A stretch of 64,000 nt of DNA from NCBI GenBank assembly GCA_016199985.1, contig JACQFQ010000029.1, positions 73,440 to 137,439 of the forward strand, in the 5' to 3' direction. Each line of letters opens with the position of its first letter. The stretch's first letter is position 1. Below are positions 28,486 through 38,739 of the stretch, piece after piece. The position numbers were made by a program, and so were the translations under genes. The notes beneath the pieces were generated by a model that was not told the DNA's origin, ran no database searches, and worked only from the letters and a program-made list of their open reading frames with translations. The DNA is from Verrucomicrobiota bacterium (GTDB taxonomy: Bacteria; Verrucomicrobiota; Verrucomicrobiia; Limisphaerales; UBA11320).

Positions 28486-29790
28486 CTAGGGGGTCGGAGG
28501 CAGTGATTCGAGGGCGACCTCCAGGCGGCGTTTCCAGACGTAGCGAAACATGAGCGTTCGCAGCGCCGCGGTGAGCGGGATCGCGAGGACGCCGCCCAGG
28601 ATGCCTCCGAGGAGCGTGCCGCCGATCATCACCGATACGATGATCGTGAGCGGGTGGAGGCCGACGCGGTCGCCGATGATGCGCGGCGAGATCACCAGGC
28701 CTTCCAGCATCTGCGCGAGTCCGAAGACGCCGAGCACCGCGAGCGGATGCCACCAGTCGCCGAACTGCGCGACCGCGATCGCGACCGCCGGAACAAGGCT
28801 CATCGCCACCCCAAGGTAGGGGATGACGCCCAGGATCGCCGCCATCACGCCGAGCAGCAGGGCGTAGTTAAGCCCGACGCACATGAATCCCGTCGTCAGG
28901 ATCGCTCCGACGCACATCGCCACCAAAACCTGGCCCCTGAAGAACACCACGAGGCAATCATTGATGGAGCTGAGAACGAAGATGATTTCGTTTTTTGTCT
29001 CCGACTCGCGGAGGGGCAGAAACTCATGCCATCGCCGCTGGATGCCGCGCTTCTCGAGGAGGAAGTAGAAGAGGTAGACCGGGATCAAAGCGAAGCCGGC
29101 GAGCAGGCTGACGACCGACGCCGCCAGCGAGACCTGATCCAGGACCCACGATCCCACCTTGGGCAGCGTTCGGCTCATCCATGCAAAAACGCTCGCGGTG
29201 ACATCGACGTTCCATTTGAAGCCTCCGGGTTCTTTCGATGCGGGATCCGCGGCTGACGCCTGCGCCTTATCGGGGCTTGCGGAGTCGTTGGGGGCCGCGG
29301 CAGCCGGGGCGTTTGTCGACGCGTTCGCGCCGCCTGCGCTCGCCACGGTGTTTGTGTCGAGCGGCGCGCGGGGCAGGGGGCTGAGCAGGCTGCTGGGGAG
29401 CCAATGGGGCGGGTTTTGAAGAAACGAGTCGACCCGCTCGCGCACCTTGGACACGTAGGCGGGGACCTGCGACGTGAACGATTGGATCTCCGACACAAGG
29501 CGCGGCAGCACGGTGGCCGCGAGTCCCGTCAGCAACAGCAACGCGAGGGCGAACACGGTGAAGATGGAGCGAACTCGCGAGCGCATCCGAGCTTCGAAGA
29601 AGTCGACGACCGGATCCAGGATGAACGCGAGCACGCCCGCCAGGGCGAGGGGGATCAGGACCGAGGAGACGCGGTTGGCCAGCCAACCCAGGCTCCAGAG
29701 AAAGAGACCGAGGAGCACGAGCAGGACCCCTACAGCGAGCGCGGTGACGGACGACCACAGGATGCGCGATTGTCGTTCGGTGGGACCCAT
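28486..29790 (-). CDS. AI-2E family transporter (PerM/UPF0118)
   Basis: The 434-aa product is multi-TM with a low-complexity Ala/Pro/Ser loop, matching the typical AI-2E topology. The C-terminal motif is GGILGGVLAIPLTAALR. Confidence 0.85.
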   Translation of the reverse strand: MGPTERQSRILWSSVTALAVGVLLVLLGLFLWSLGWLANRVSSVLIPLALAGVLAFILDPVVDFFEARMRSRVRSIFTVFALALLLLTGLAATVLPRLVSEIQSFTSQVPAYVSKVRERVDSFLQNPPHWLPSSLLSPLPRAPLDTNTVASAGGANASTNAPAAAAPNDSASPDKAQASAADPASKEPGGFKWNVDVTASVFAWMSRTLPKVGSWVLDQVSLAASVVSLLAGFALIPVYLFYFLLEKRGIQRRWHEFLPLRESETKNEIIFVLSSINDCLVVFFRGQVLVAMCVGAILTTGFMCVGLNYALLLGVMAAILGVIPYLGVAMSLVPAVAIAVAQFGDWWHPLAVLGVFGLAQMLEGLVISPRIIGDRVGLHPLTIIVSVMIGGTLLGGILGGVLAIPLTAALRTLMFRYVWKRRLEVALESLPPTP

Positions 29791-29808
29791 GGGTAAGGGA
29801 GGGAGGCG

Positions 29809-30624
29809 CTAGGATTGTCCGAGCAGGCGCGACTTCTCCGCGGCCGCGCGCACGGCGGATATCAACGCGCCGCGAAGCCCCGCCTTCTCGAGTTGGTGAA
29901 GGCCTTCGATGGTTGTTCCGCCGGGGCTCGTCACCATGTCCTTGAGCGCGCCCGGATGTTGTCCCGATTCCAAAACCATTCGGGCGCTTCCCAACAGAGT
30001 CTGCGCGGCGAGACGCGTTGCGACGTCGCGCGGCAGTCCAGCGGCGACGCCTCCGTCGCTGAGCGCCTCGATGATCAGGTAGGCGTAGGCGGGTCCGCTG
30101 CCGCTCAATCCGGTGACCGCGTCGAGCAGCGGTTCCTTGACTTCGAACGCGACGCCCACGGCGCCGAAGAGCGATCCGGCGAGGGCGGCATCGGCCGGTG
30201 TCGCGCTCCGGCCCAGCGCGTAGCCGGTGGCGGATGCGCCGACAAGGGCCGGGGTGTTCGGCATCACCCGAATCACTCTTGCGCCCTTTGGCAAGCCCGC
30301 CTCGAGTTGCGCGAGCGTAATCCCCGCCGCGATGGAAATCAGCAGATGGCCCGGTTTGAAGGCGCGCTTGATTTCGCGGAGGACATCCTGGGTTTGAGCG
30401 GGCTTCACCGCGAGGAAGATCACGCGCGAGCGGCGGACCACCTCCAGGTTGCCTGCAACGACGCGACAGCCGGTTTCGGCCGCAAAGCTGTCGCGCGCGG
30501 CGGCGAAAACGTCGCTCGCGATCAGGGCCGCGGCGTCCACCTTGCGCGCTTTGAGGAATCCTTTGGCCAGGGCATTCGCCATCTTGCCCGCCCCGAGAAA
30601 CCCGATCTGGATCGAATCAGCCAT
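29809..30624 (-). CDS. proC: Pyrroline-5-carboxylate reductase
   Basis: Diagnostic motifs are IGFLGAGKMANALAKG, RVMPNTPALVG and VTSPGGTTIEGL. Confidence 0.9.
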   Translation of the reverse strand: MADSIQIGFLGAGKMANALAKGFLKARKVDAAALIASDVFAAARDSFAAETGCRVVAGNLEVVRRSRVIFLAVKPAQTQDVLREIKRAFKPGHLLISIAAGITLAQLEAGLPKGARVIRVMPNTPALVGASATGYALGRSATPADAALAGSLFGAVGVAFEVKEPLLDAVTGLSGSGPAYAYLIIEALSDGGVAAGLPRDVATRLAAQTLLGSARMVLESGQHPGALKDMVTSPGGTTIEGLHQLEKAGLRGALISAVRAAAEKSRLLGQS

Positions 30625-30687
30625 GTGATGCGTTGTTGAGAGACTCTAGGGAGCAACGCCGAGCCGGGGCAACGCATAACTTGGAAT

Positions 30688-32145
<1,458 letters not shown>

Positions 32146-32255
32146 TTGGCTTAATCCGTGTCAGGCGCGCTCAACCCAGGCGAACTTAACCCCGCCGAGG
32201 CCAACGCGGCGCGCGCGAGACCCCGGAAGTCGGACGCAGACCCGGCGGCCGCGAT

Positions 32256-32543
32256 TCACTGGGAAGCGGCGCGGGCTCGAACGGCTTCCTTTTTCTCCTC
32301 CAGGGTGGCTAGGAAGGTTTTCCGCGCGTTGACCATCTGGCGCTCCAGCTCCTTGACCTCGTCGTAGTCGCCCTTGGCGTAGGCCTTCTCCAGCTCGCCC
32401 TTCAGAAAGATTTCCCGCTCGGCGATCTTGGCCGCGTAGACGGAGTCCAGCTCGGCGAGCTCCTTCTTCTGCGCATCGGTGACCTTGACGGCTGGGCTCG
32501 ATTTCGCGAGCCGTTCCATGGCGAGTTCGTAGGAGGATTTCAT
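32256..32543 (-). CDS. Small helical (coiled-coil) hypothetical protein
   Basis: The 95-aa product is rich in K, E and A with heptad-like periodicity. It has an ATG start and normal codon bias. Confidence 0.5.
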   Translation of the reverse strand: MKSSYELAMERLAKSSPAVKVTDAQKKELAELDSVYAAKIAEREIFLKGELEKAYAKGDYDEVKELERQMVNARKTFLATLEEKKEAVRARAASQ

Positions 32544-32669
32544 AGATTACGGATCGGCATCATCATCGCGCCATGAGCCTTTGTGAAGGACGAATGCGGC
32601 CCAGTCCCAACAACCCGGCAGGCGCGATCGTTGGAGCGCGGCGTCGCTGGGTCCTCTCGGAAAGAGGAA

Positions 32670-32703
32670 GGGCGTGGAACCGACTTGCGACGGTCCCACG
32701 CCC
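32670..32703 (-). terminator. Hairpin downstream of the PA14/Ig gene
   Basis: The hairpin is GGGCGTGGaaccg-acttgcga-cggtCCCACGCCC. On the minus strand it is followed by ttcctctttcc. Confidence 0.35.
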
Positions 32704-32751
32704 TGTTGCCTGCGTGGTTGTTGGTCTGTCTCCGGCGGGTTGTCCCGACGG

Positions 32752-34839
32752 TCAACGAGTGCGGTAGAACTTGTGCTTGTCCGCCGCGGCAAATGTGGCA
32801 GGGCTCGTTAGGCCGGTCTCCTCAGTCCAGGCGAGTAGATCGTCCGAGGACTCGAGAATCTTGCCGCCCCACTCCAGGAGCAGCTTGCCATCGGGTTGCG
32901 CGGAGATCTGGATCGCGGCGGTCGGGCCGTAATAGGAGAGGACGTCGCCGGAAATCGGCTGAAGCTCCGCGGCGGGCGTGGCGTCGCCCACCAACCGCCA
33001 GGCGACTCTTGCGAAGTCTCCGCCGTTCACTTCCTTGTAGATCACCTGGAGGGGATAGCTGTGGCCGGCCTCCAGCGTGATGGGCGCTGAGGTCGATGGA
33101 GCCCCGGATTCCTTGAAGCCGTCCGCCACGGTGGCGTCCGTCGCGATAGGCGTGTTGTCGACCGTGTCGATGCTGTCGAACGTGTCGTCCTCGAGGCTGA
33201 TCCGCACCTCGCCGGCCTCATCCGCGTCCAGGAAGAACTCGTAGTCGCCGCTCTCGGTGGGGGTGATCCAGGTCCTCATTCGGGCGCCATAGGCGTTGAG
33301 CGGACCGCTGGGGATGATGAGGGTGGAATCCAGGCCGGTGATGGGATAGTCGACGTCGTAGCCGTCCGGGTAGAGCGCGCTGTTTCGGAGATCGCTCACG
33401 AGCCCTCCGACAATGGACTTCCAGAGATCGAACCCAACAAAGCCCTTTGCCAGGCTGAAGCTCTTGAAGCTGGCTTTGGAATCGGCCGGCAACGAGTTTC
33501 CGGCGAGGTCCTCCACTCCCGAAACCGTCACGGTCAACGCGGTGCCCGGGCCGTAGTCCGATGTGATCAGGCGGACGGTGCTCGGGTCCAGGACCACCGC
33601 GGAGTTAACCTTCACGCCCCCGCTGACCTTGTAGCTGTCCGCGACGGGGAGTTGCTCGAGCTTCATCGCTTCCGAGAAGGCAACATAGATCGAGTTGAAG
33701 TGGATGCTGGCCGTGGCGGACACAACCGTGGGGATGACGCCATCGACGGTGAGAGTGGCTTCGCCTGTTGTGGTGTGATCCGCTCCGCTTTTCATGGAGC
33801 ACCGGAATTTGGTTCCATCCTCCGCCACGTTCAGCGCTGGGGTGGTGTAATCCGGGGACGTCGCGCCGGGAATGTCGGTGTAATCAGCCCCTCCCGCCGA
33901 CTTCTGCCACTGGTATGTGATGGCCAGGGTGCTGGTGGCCGCGGCGCTGAACTTCGCCGTCTTGCCGGCTGCGGCGCGGATGTTTTCGGGATTCTCCGTG
34001 ATCCGGAGGTTGCCGGAAGCCTCGACCTCGGCCAGATAGAGGGCGTTCAGGCCATATCCATACTTGGTAGCCACCCCGGCGGCCGGGTTGCCGAAGGGCG
34101 CCACGCCGCCGTATTGTTCACCAACAATCTGGAATCCAAAGCTGTCGTTTCCGTCGGGGTCCAGCACGGGCACGGGTTCGATATTGTCCCAGCCCACGAG
34201 GGATCCCGCCTTGTTGTGACCGGTGTTCAACGCCACCTGATTGGGTTGAAGATCGCTGGCCGGAAAGGATGCCTTGGTGAATAGGTTCTTGTTCTTGCTA
34301 CCGTCGACATGCGCAGCCACGTAGTTCTCGGCCCCTGTGATGCTGAACACGCTCCAACGGTCATCATAGGAGCCGCCTCGACAGACCGTGCCTCGGAGGT
34401 CGTAGCGCCGATCCGGATCCAGGCCGTAGAAGTTCAAAATCAGCTTCATGTGTGTGAGCGCGTGGAGACCCGGAAGACCGTCGTTGCCAATGTCGACCTT
34501 TCCCTTGAAGAGAAGGTCGGCCGGGCTTCCCGGGTCCGGTTCGGCGTCGGCGCCAAAATCGTCCGGCGCCGCATTGCCATCGCTCTCCACGGAGACGAAG
34601 AATCCGGCCGCGAGCTGTTCCCCGGTCTGGATGTCCCTTAGGATTCCACCGTCCTTGTTCACTCGCATGCTATAACCGGTGGCGTTCGGAGAGGTAAGAT
34701 CTGGGTTGGCGTTGGGGTGATGATCATTGAACGCCTCCCAAAGACGAGCGGGTTGGCTCGAAGCCGTCCCGACCAGCGAGAGCAGCGCCGCTCCGCAGAG
34801 CCAGGCTCGTAAGGCGATGGGTGAGTAGGGTGTTTTCAT
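32752..34839 (-). CDS. Secreted multidomain protein with an Ig I-set-like domain, an SbsA-type Ig domain, a PA14 domain and a C-terminal FYRL-type domain
   Basis: The signal peptide starts at MKTPYSPIALRAWLCGAALLSLVG (ATG at 34839). The Ig-like part is YQWQKSAGGADYTDIPGATSPDYT...EDGTKFRC. The PA14-like part is TESGDYEFFLDADEAGEVRI...YKEVNGGDFARVAWR. The protein ends KHKFYRTR. Confidence 0.75.
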   Translation of the reverse strand: MKTPYSPIALRAWLCGAALLSLVGTASSQPARLWEAFNDHHPNANPDLTSPNATGYSMRVNKDGGILRDIQTGEQLAAGFFVSVESDGNAAPDDFGADAEPDPGSPADLLFKGKVDIGNDGLPGLHALTHMKLILNFYGLDPDRRYDLRGTVCRGGSYDDRWSVFSITGAENYVAAHVDGSKNKNLFTKASFPASDLQPNQVALNTGHNKAGSLVGWDNIEPVPVLDPDGNDSFGFQIVGEQYGGVAPFGNPAAGVATKYGYGLNALYLAEVEASGNLRITENPENIRAAAGKTAKFSAAATSTLAITYQWQKSAGGADYTDIPGATSPDYTTPALNVAEDGTKFRCSMKSGADHTTTGEATLTVDGVIPTVVSATASIHFNSIYVAFSEAMKLEQLPVADSYKVSGGVKVNSAVVLDPSTVRLITSDYGPGTALTVTVSGVEDLAGNSLPADSKASFKSFSLAKGFVGFDLWKSIVGGLVSDLRNSALYPDGYDVDYPITGLDSTLIIPSGPLNAYGARMRTWITPTESGDYEFFLDADEAGEVRISLEDDTFDSIDTVDNTPIATDATVADGFKESGAPSTSAPITLEAGHSYPLQVIYKEVNGGDFARVAWRLVGDATPAAELQPISGDVLSYYGPTAAIQISAQPDGKLLLEWGGKILESSDDLLAWTEETGLTSPATFAAADKHKFYRTR

Positions 34840-35193
34840 GGGTTTTGGTACCGTGCTTGCGCCGGGGGTTGACAGATCCGGCAGGTGGGTTGGGTGGGTT
34901 GGGTTGGTTGGCGGCGGGCCGGCTCCATCAACATCCGGGAGCTCGGCCTGCGTCCCCCATCGAAGCTCACAAAACCGATCGCTCTTGAAGTCAGAGCGTA
35001 CAAGGACCTCACGGGACATGAGCGCTTGCCGGTCATAGGCTGATTGGGTGAATGACACTTATCAGACGCCGGTGATTGTTTCAAGCCCTCGTTCAGATGT
35101 ATTGGAGCTCTAGCGGAGGAGGGGCAATGTCCGTCCTGGCGCCCCTGCGTTCAACAGCGGATTTGATTGTCATGTTCGGCAGATTCCCGCGTT

Positions 35194-35218
35194 GGAACTC
35201 TTCGATGCATCCTTCGAC
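35194..35218 (+). promoter_or_regulatory. Candidate ECF-type promoter (GGAAC-N16-CGAC) upstream of the sigma gene
   Basis: The sequence gttGGAACtcttcgatgcatccttCGACac lies about 115 nt upstream of the ATG at 35331. This is a pattern match only. Confidence 0.25.
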
Positions 35219-35330
35219 ACTTCCTTTGTCAGTCTGTTCGCAACGCCATCATCGGCGCAATCTGCGCTTGAAGTCGGTCTCGACCTTGATATCCACTGGC
35301 CGCTCCTATTCCTCCACCCACAAGCACGAC

Positions 35331-36110
35331 ATGGAATCGGCCGCTCCGGGCAACAGTTCTGACGCGCCTCAGGCAGGGGCAACCTCCTCTGCCTCGGGCT
35401 CCTCGACCCATTGGTCAGTTGTGGGCCCTGCCCTGTTGGGGGATCGAGAGGCCGTGGGCGAGCTCTATCTTTCCTATGCTCCTGCTCTGCTCGCCTACCT
35501 GCGTCACAAGGGGAACTCGCCTGAGGAAGCCATGGAGTTGCTCCAGGGATTCTTTGAGCACCTTCTCGAGACGGACGGCTTGGGTAAATATGAGAAGAAG
35601 GGAAAGTTCCGATCCTGGCTTCTGAGAGGGCTGAGCAATTTCGCAACGGATGTCTGGCGCAAAGGGCAGGCGAAGAAGAAAGGAGAGGGCAGGATCCATG
35701 CGCGAGTGGGCGTGGATGTCGAGATTGGCGAGTTGGAACCGATCGACAGCCAGTTGACCCCCGAGCAGGCCTACGATCGCAAGTGGGCCATCTCCTTGCT
35801 CAGGCGCGTGTTGTCGAAGCTTGCCGGAGAATACGCCGACGAGGATAGGAGCGCCTTGTTCGATGCGATCAAGCGGTTTCTCCCGGGAGGCGACGCTTCC
35901 GTTAAGTACGAGGAGATCAGCGCCACGCTGGGCATGAAACCGAACACCGTCGCCGTGATGGTCAAACGCTTGCGAGAACGCTACACGGGGCTGCTATGGG
36001 CGGAGGTCGCCGATACTGTGGAGCCGTACCAGATTGAGGAGGAGTGGTTGCATCTCTACGAAGCGCTTCGCGGCGCCAGGGAACTGGGAAGCGTCTCCCG
36101 CAATCCATGA
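35331..36110 (+). CDS. ECF-type RNA polymerase sigma factor (STK-associated type)
   Basis: The internal ATG at 35331 (MESAAPG...) is preferred, because the upstream 85 aa of the track ORF look non-coding. Motifs are THWSVV, ELLQGFFEHLL, KGKFRSWLL and the region 4 HTH YEEISATLGMKPNTVAVMVKRLRERY. Confidence 0.85.
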   Translation: MESAAPGNSSDAPQAGATSSASGSSTHWSVVGPALLGDREAVGELYLSYAPALLAYLRHKGNSPEEAMELLQGFFEHLLETDGLGKYEKKGKFRSWLLRGLSNFATDVWRKGQAKKKGEGRIHARVGVDVEIGELEPIDSQLTPEQAYDRKWAISLLRRVLSKLAGEYADEDRSALFDAIKRFLPGGDASVKYEEISATLGMKPNTVAVMVKRLRERYTGLLWAEVADTVEPYQIEEEWLHLYEALRGARELGSVSRNP

Positions 36111-36129
36111 GCCCTAGCGTGAGGAACCG

Positions 36130-38739
36130 ATGAGCGCTCAGCGGCTCTGTCCTGTTTGCCAAACCCCTCTCCCGGGAGATGCTCCGCTGGGCCTGTGCCC
36201 TCGCTGTCTCTTTGGAACTCCGCCGGCGCGACCCGCCTCCTCCGACCCGAAAACCCGGGCCCCCTCGGCTATTCCCTCCGAGCTCCGGGACTACGAGTTA
36301 CTGGATTCTGGTCGCGAGGGCGGGATGGGAACTGTTTATCGAGCCAAGCAGAAACGGCTGAACCGCACGGTGGCGTTGAAAATGATTCGCTCTCACCGCC
36401 TGGCCTCATCATCGGACCGGGAGAGGTTTCGCATCGAGGTCGAGGCGAGCGCGACGCTCAGCCATCCCAACATCGTGCGTATTTACGCGACGGGAGAGCA
36501 TGAGGGACAGCCTTACTTCAGCATGGAATGGATGGCGTCAGGCGACATGCGTGATGCCCTGCGTTCCTGGAAAGCCTCGCCTATTCCGGTCGAGCGCGCG
36601 GTTTCATGGATGATCATGATCTCCGAGGCGGTGCACCACGCCCATGAACGGGGAGTCTTGCACCGCGATTTGACCCCCAGGAATGTATTGTTTGATGAAC
36701 ACGGGGTTCCGAAGGTTTGTGACTTCGGTCTCGCGCGGTTTTTGAACAACCCTAGCGAGCTGACACAGACTGGGCAGGGCATGGGTTCGCCGGGCTACGC
36801 GTCTCCCGAGCAGGCCTCTGGGAGCCAACAAGAGCCTCATCCCACCAGTGACGTTTTCAGCCTGGGCGCCATTCTGTACCACTTGATCACCGGTCGCGCC
36901 CCATTCTCGACGCAGCACTGGAACCAGTTTCTTCGACAGGTCGCTGAGGACGAGCCGGCTTGGCCCTCAGTGCTCAATCCCGCGGTGGATCGGGAACTGG
37001 GAACGATCTGCCTCCAGTGCTTGAATAAAGATCCGGGACAGCGCTATCCGTCGGCCCGGGCGCTGGCGGAGGATCTCAGCCGGTGGCAGCGAGGAGAGCC
37101 GATCACAGCGCATCCACTGCCGCTCTGGCGGCGGGCAGCGAAGTGGACCCGACGCAAACCCATGGTCGCGACTCTCACCGCGGCCCTCGCGCTTGTTATC
37201 GTTGTGGGTTCGATCACGGCGACTTGGTTCGCTGTCGCAAACGCGCGGCAGCGAGCCCAGCATGATTTGGCCGAATCGCTGCGAGTTGCCGGCGTGGATT
37301 TCAGGAATCACAACAATGCCTCCGCCTTTTCGGCGCTGGCGCGTGTGCTGCGGAAGGATCCAGGAAACCGTGTGGCTGCGGAGCGACTGGTCAACACGCT
37401 GCGTCAGCGCGTGTTCCTCGTCTCCGTCGACGCTCGGGCGGGCGGGGTTTCTGTTCCGGAGGGCTCTGCGGATTTGACGACGCCCATTCAGCAGTCCGGG
37501 ACGCGCGCATTGAGCCCCGACGGGCAGTGGGAGCTGATTCGAACGGCTCCCACTGTCGTCGAGCTCAGGACCAGTCAGGGCAAACCTCTTTGGTCCAGGC
37601 GGGCTCATGAAAAAGTGATTCGCTCCTGGGGTTGGAGTCCGGATGGACGATGGGTGGTTACCGCCGCAGCGGATGGCAAGGCGCGTCTCTGGGACGTGTC
37701 GACGGGTGGCCTGGTTCAGGAGGTTGATTCTGGCGAGTCGTTGCTCTACTCGGAGCTGAACCCTTTAGCCGATTCCTGGGTGACGGCCGCGAGCTCCGGT
37801 GTTGTTCGCCTTTGGGATCGGTCGACTGGCCGGAGCATGGGAGCGAAGATCCAATTGAACGGCGCGGCGAATCATGCCCATTTCAGCCCGGATGGAAGGT
37901 TCGTGGTGACGTCTTCCGACGACGGGGTGGCGCAAGTGTGGCACGCCGGGCGCGATGGAACACTGGCTGGCGCGGCGTTTTCAGAGGCCGCTCGGTTCCG
38001 GCTGCCTGTCAATGACGCTGTGTTTACCACCAATCTGGCCTCTATCTGGGTGACCCTCAGCAATGGCGAGAGAAGACACTGCTGGATGACATCCTCGGCC
38101 TGGTCCACGCCCCTTGGAGGCCCGGCGGGTTTCATCGAGGCCGCGGGGCGCGTGCCTTCAGTGGATATCCCGGAGTGGTTGGCACGCCAGACAACGCAGC
38201 GAAGACTGACCGCTGTGAGCCCGGACCGGCGTCATGCGGCCACTCTTTCTGGCGAAGGACCCGTTTTGGTTTGGGATCTGCGTTCCCGCCAGACCTCGCC
38301 TGTCAGGCTCTTGAACGAAGCCAACGTGATTGCCCTTTGCTTCAGCCCGGACGGGCTGCGGATCGCCACCGGAGACGCCGATCGCAGAGTGATCGTTTGG
38401 GATGCGGACACGGGAGTGGCTTTGGGAGATCCCGCTCGCTCGGCCTATGTGCCGACCCAGGTATGGTTCACCACTGTCGGTCTCGAGGTTCAGGCGCAAG
38501 GGGGATTGCGATGGGCGTTGTACGATGGGGCCAGAGAAAGGCATTCGTGGCTTGCGAGCATGGCCGACTTGGTGGCCGGTGATCAGGTCCCCACATCGGC
38601 GGCGGGAAGCGACTCAAGATCTGCGCAGGATCTCGCGAACTTATTGGCTGCCATCCGCCGGGAGAAAGAGAGGCTGGGACCGTCGTCTCCATCGTGGGGA
38701 ACACTCGGATGGGCCGAAGAATACATTCCGGCGAAATGA
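36130..38739 (+). CDS. Ser/Thr protein kinase with an N-terminal zinc ribbon, a kinase domain, a single TM helix and extracytoplasmic WD40 repeats
   Basis: The zinc ribbon is CPVCQTPLPGDAPLGLCPRCLF. Kinase motifs are GREGGMGTVYRA, VALK, HRDLTPRNVLF, CDFGLAR and SPEQ. The TM helix is MVATLTAALALVIVVGSITATWFAV. At least 6 WD-like blades follow, for example WSPDGRWVVTAAADGKARLWD and FSPDGRFVVTSSDDGVAQVWH. Confidence 0.9.
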   Translation: MSAQRLCPVCQTPLPGDAPLGLCPRCLFGTPPARPASSDPKTRAPSAIPSELRDYELLDSGREGGMGTVYRAKQKRLNRTVALKMIRSHRLASSSDRERFRIEVEASATLSHPNIVRIYATGEHEGQPYFSMEWMASGDMRDALRSWKASPIPVERAVSWMIMISEAVHHAHERGVLHRDLTPRNVLFDEHGVPKVCDFGLARFLNNPSELTQTGQGMGSPGYASPEQASGSQQEPHPTSDVFSLGAILYHLITGRAPFSTQHWNQFLRQVAEDEPAWPSVLNPAVDRELGTICLQCLNKDPGQRYPSARALAEDLSRWQRGEPITAHPLPLWRRAAKWTRRKPMVATLTAALALVIVVGSITATWFAVANARQRAQHDLAESLRVAGVDFRNHNNASAFSALARVLRKDPGNRVAAERLVNTLRQRVFLVSVDARAGGVSVPEGSADLTTPIQQSGTRALSPDGQWELIRTAPTVVELRTSQGKPLWSRRAHEKVIRSWGWSPDGRWVVTAAADGKARLWDVSTGGLVQEVDSGESLLYSELNPLADSWVTAASSGVVRLWDRSTGRSMGAKIQLNGAANHAHFSPDGRFVVTSSDDGVAQVWHAGRDGTLAGAAFSEAARFRLPVNDAVFTTNLASIWVTLSNGERRHCWMTSSAWSTPLGGPAGFIEAAGRVPSVDIPEWLARQTTQRRLTAVSPDRRHAATLSGEGPVLVWDLRSRQTSPVRLLNEANVIALCFSPDGLRIATGDADRRVIVWDADTGVALGDPARSAYVPTQVWFTTVGLEVQAQGGLRWALYDGARERHSWLASMADLVAGDQVPTSAAGSDSRSAQDLANLLAAIRREKERLGPSSPSWGTLGWAEEYIPAK

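Noticed and set aside
35076-35330. An upstream extension of the sigma ORF. The same issue applies to 38694-38735, 47865-48218, 44740-44802, 3351-3473 and 34840-35058.
   Set aside because: The extensions lack coding character and would bury the signal peptides or the sigma N-terminus. Internal ATGs give canonical N-termini or tight coupling with the upstream stop codons.
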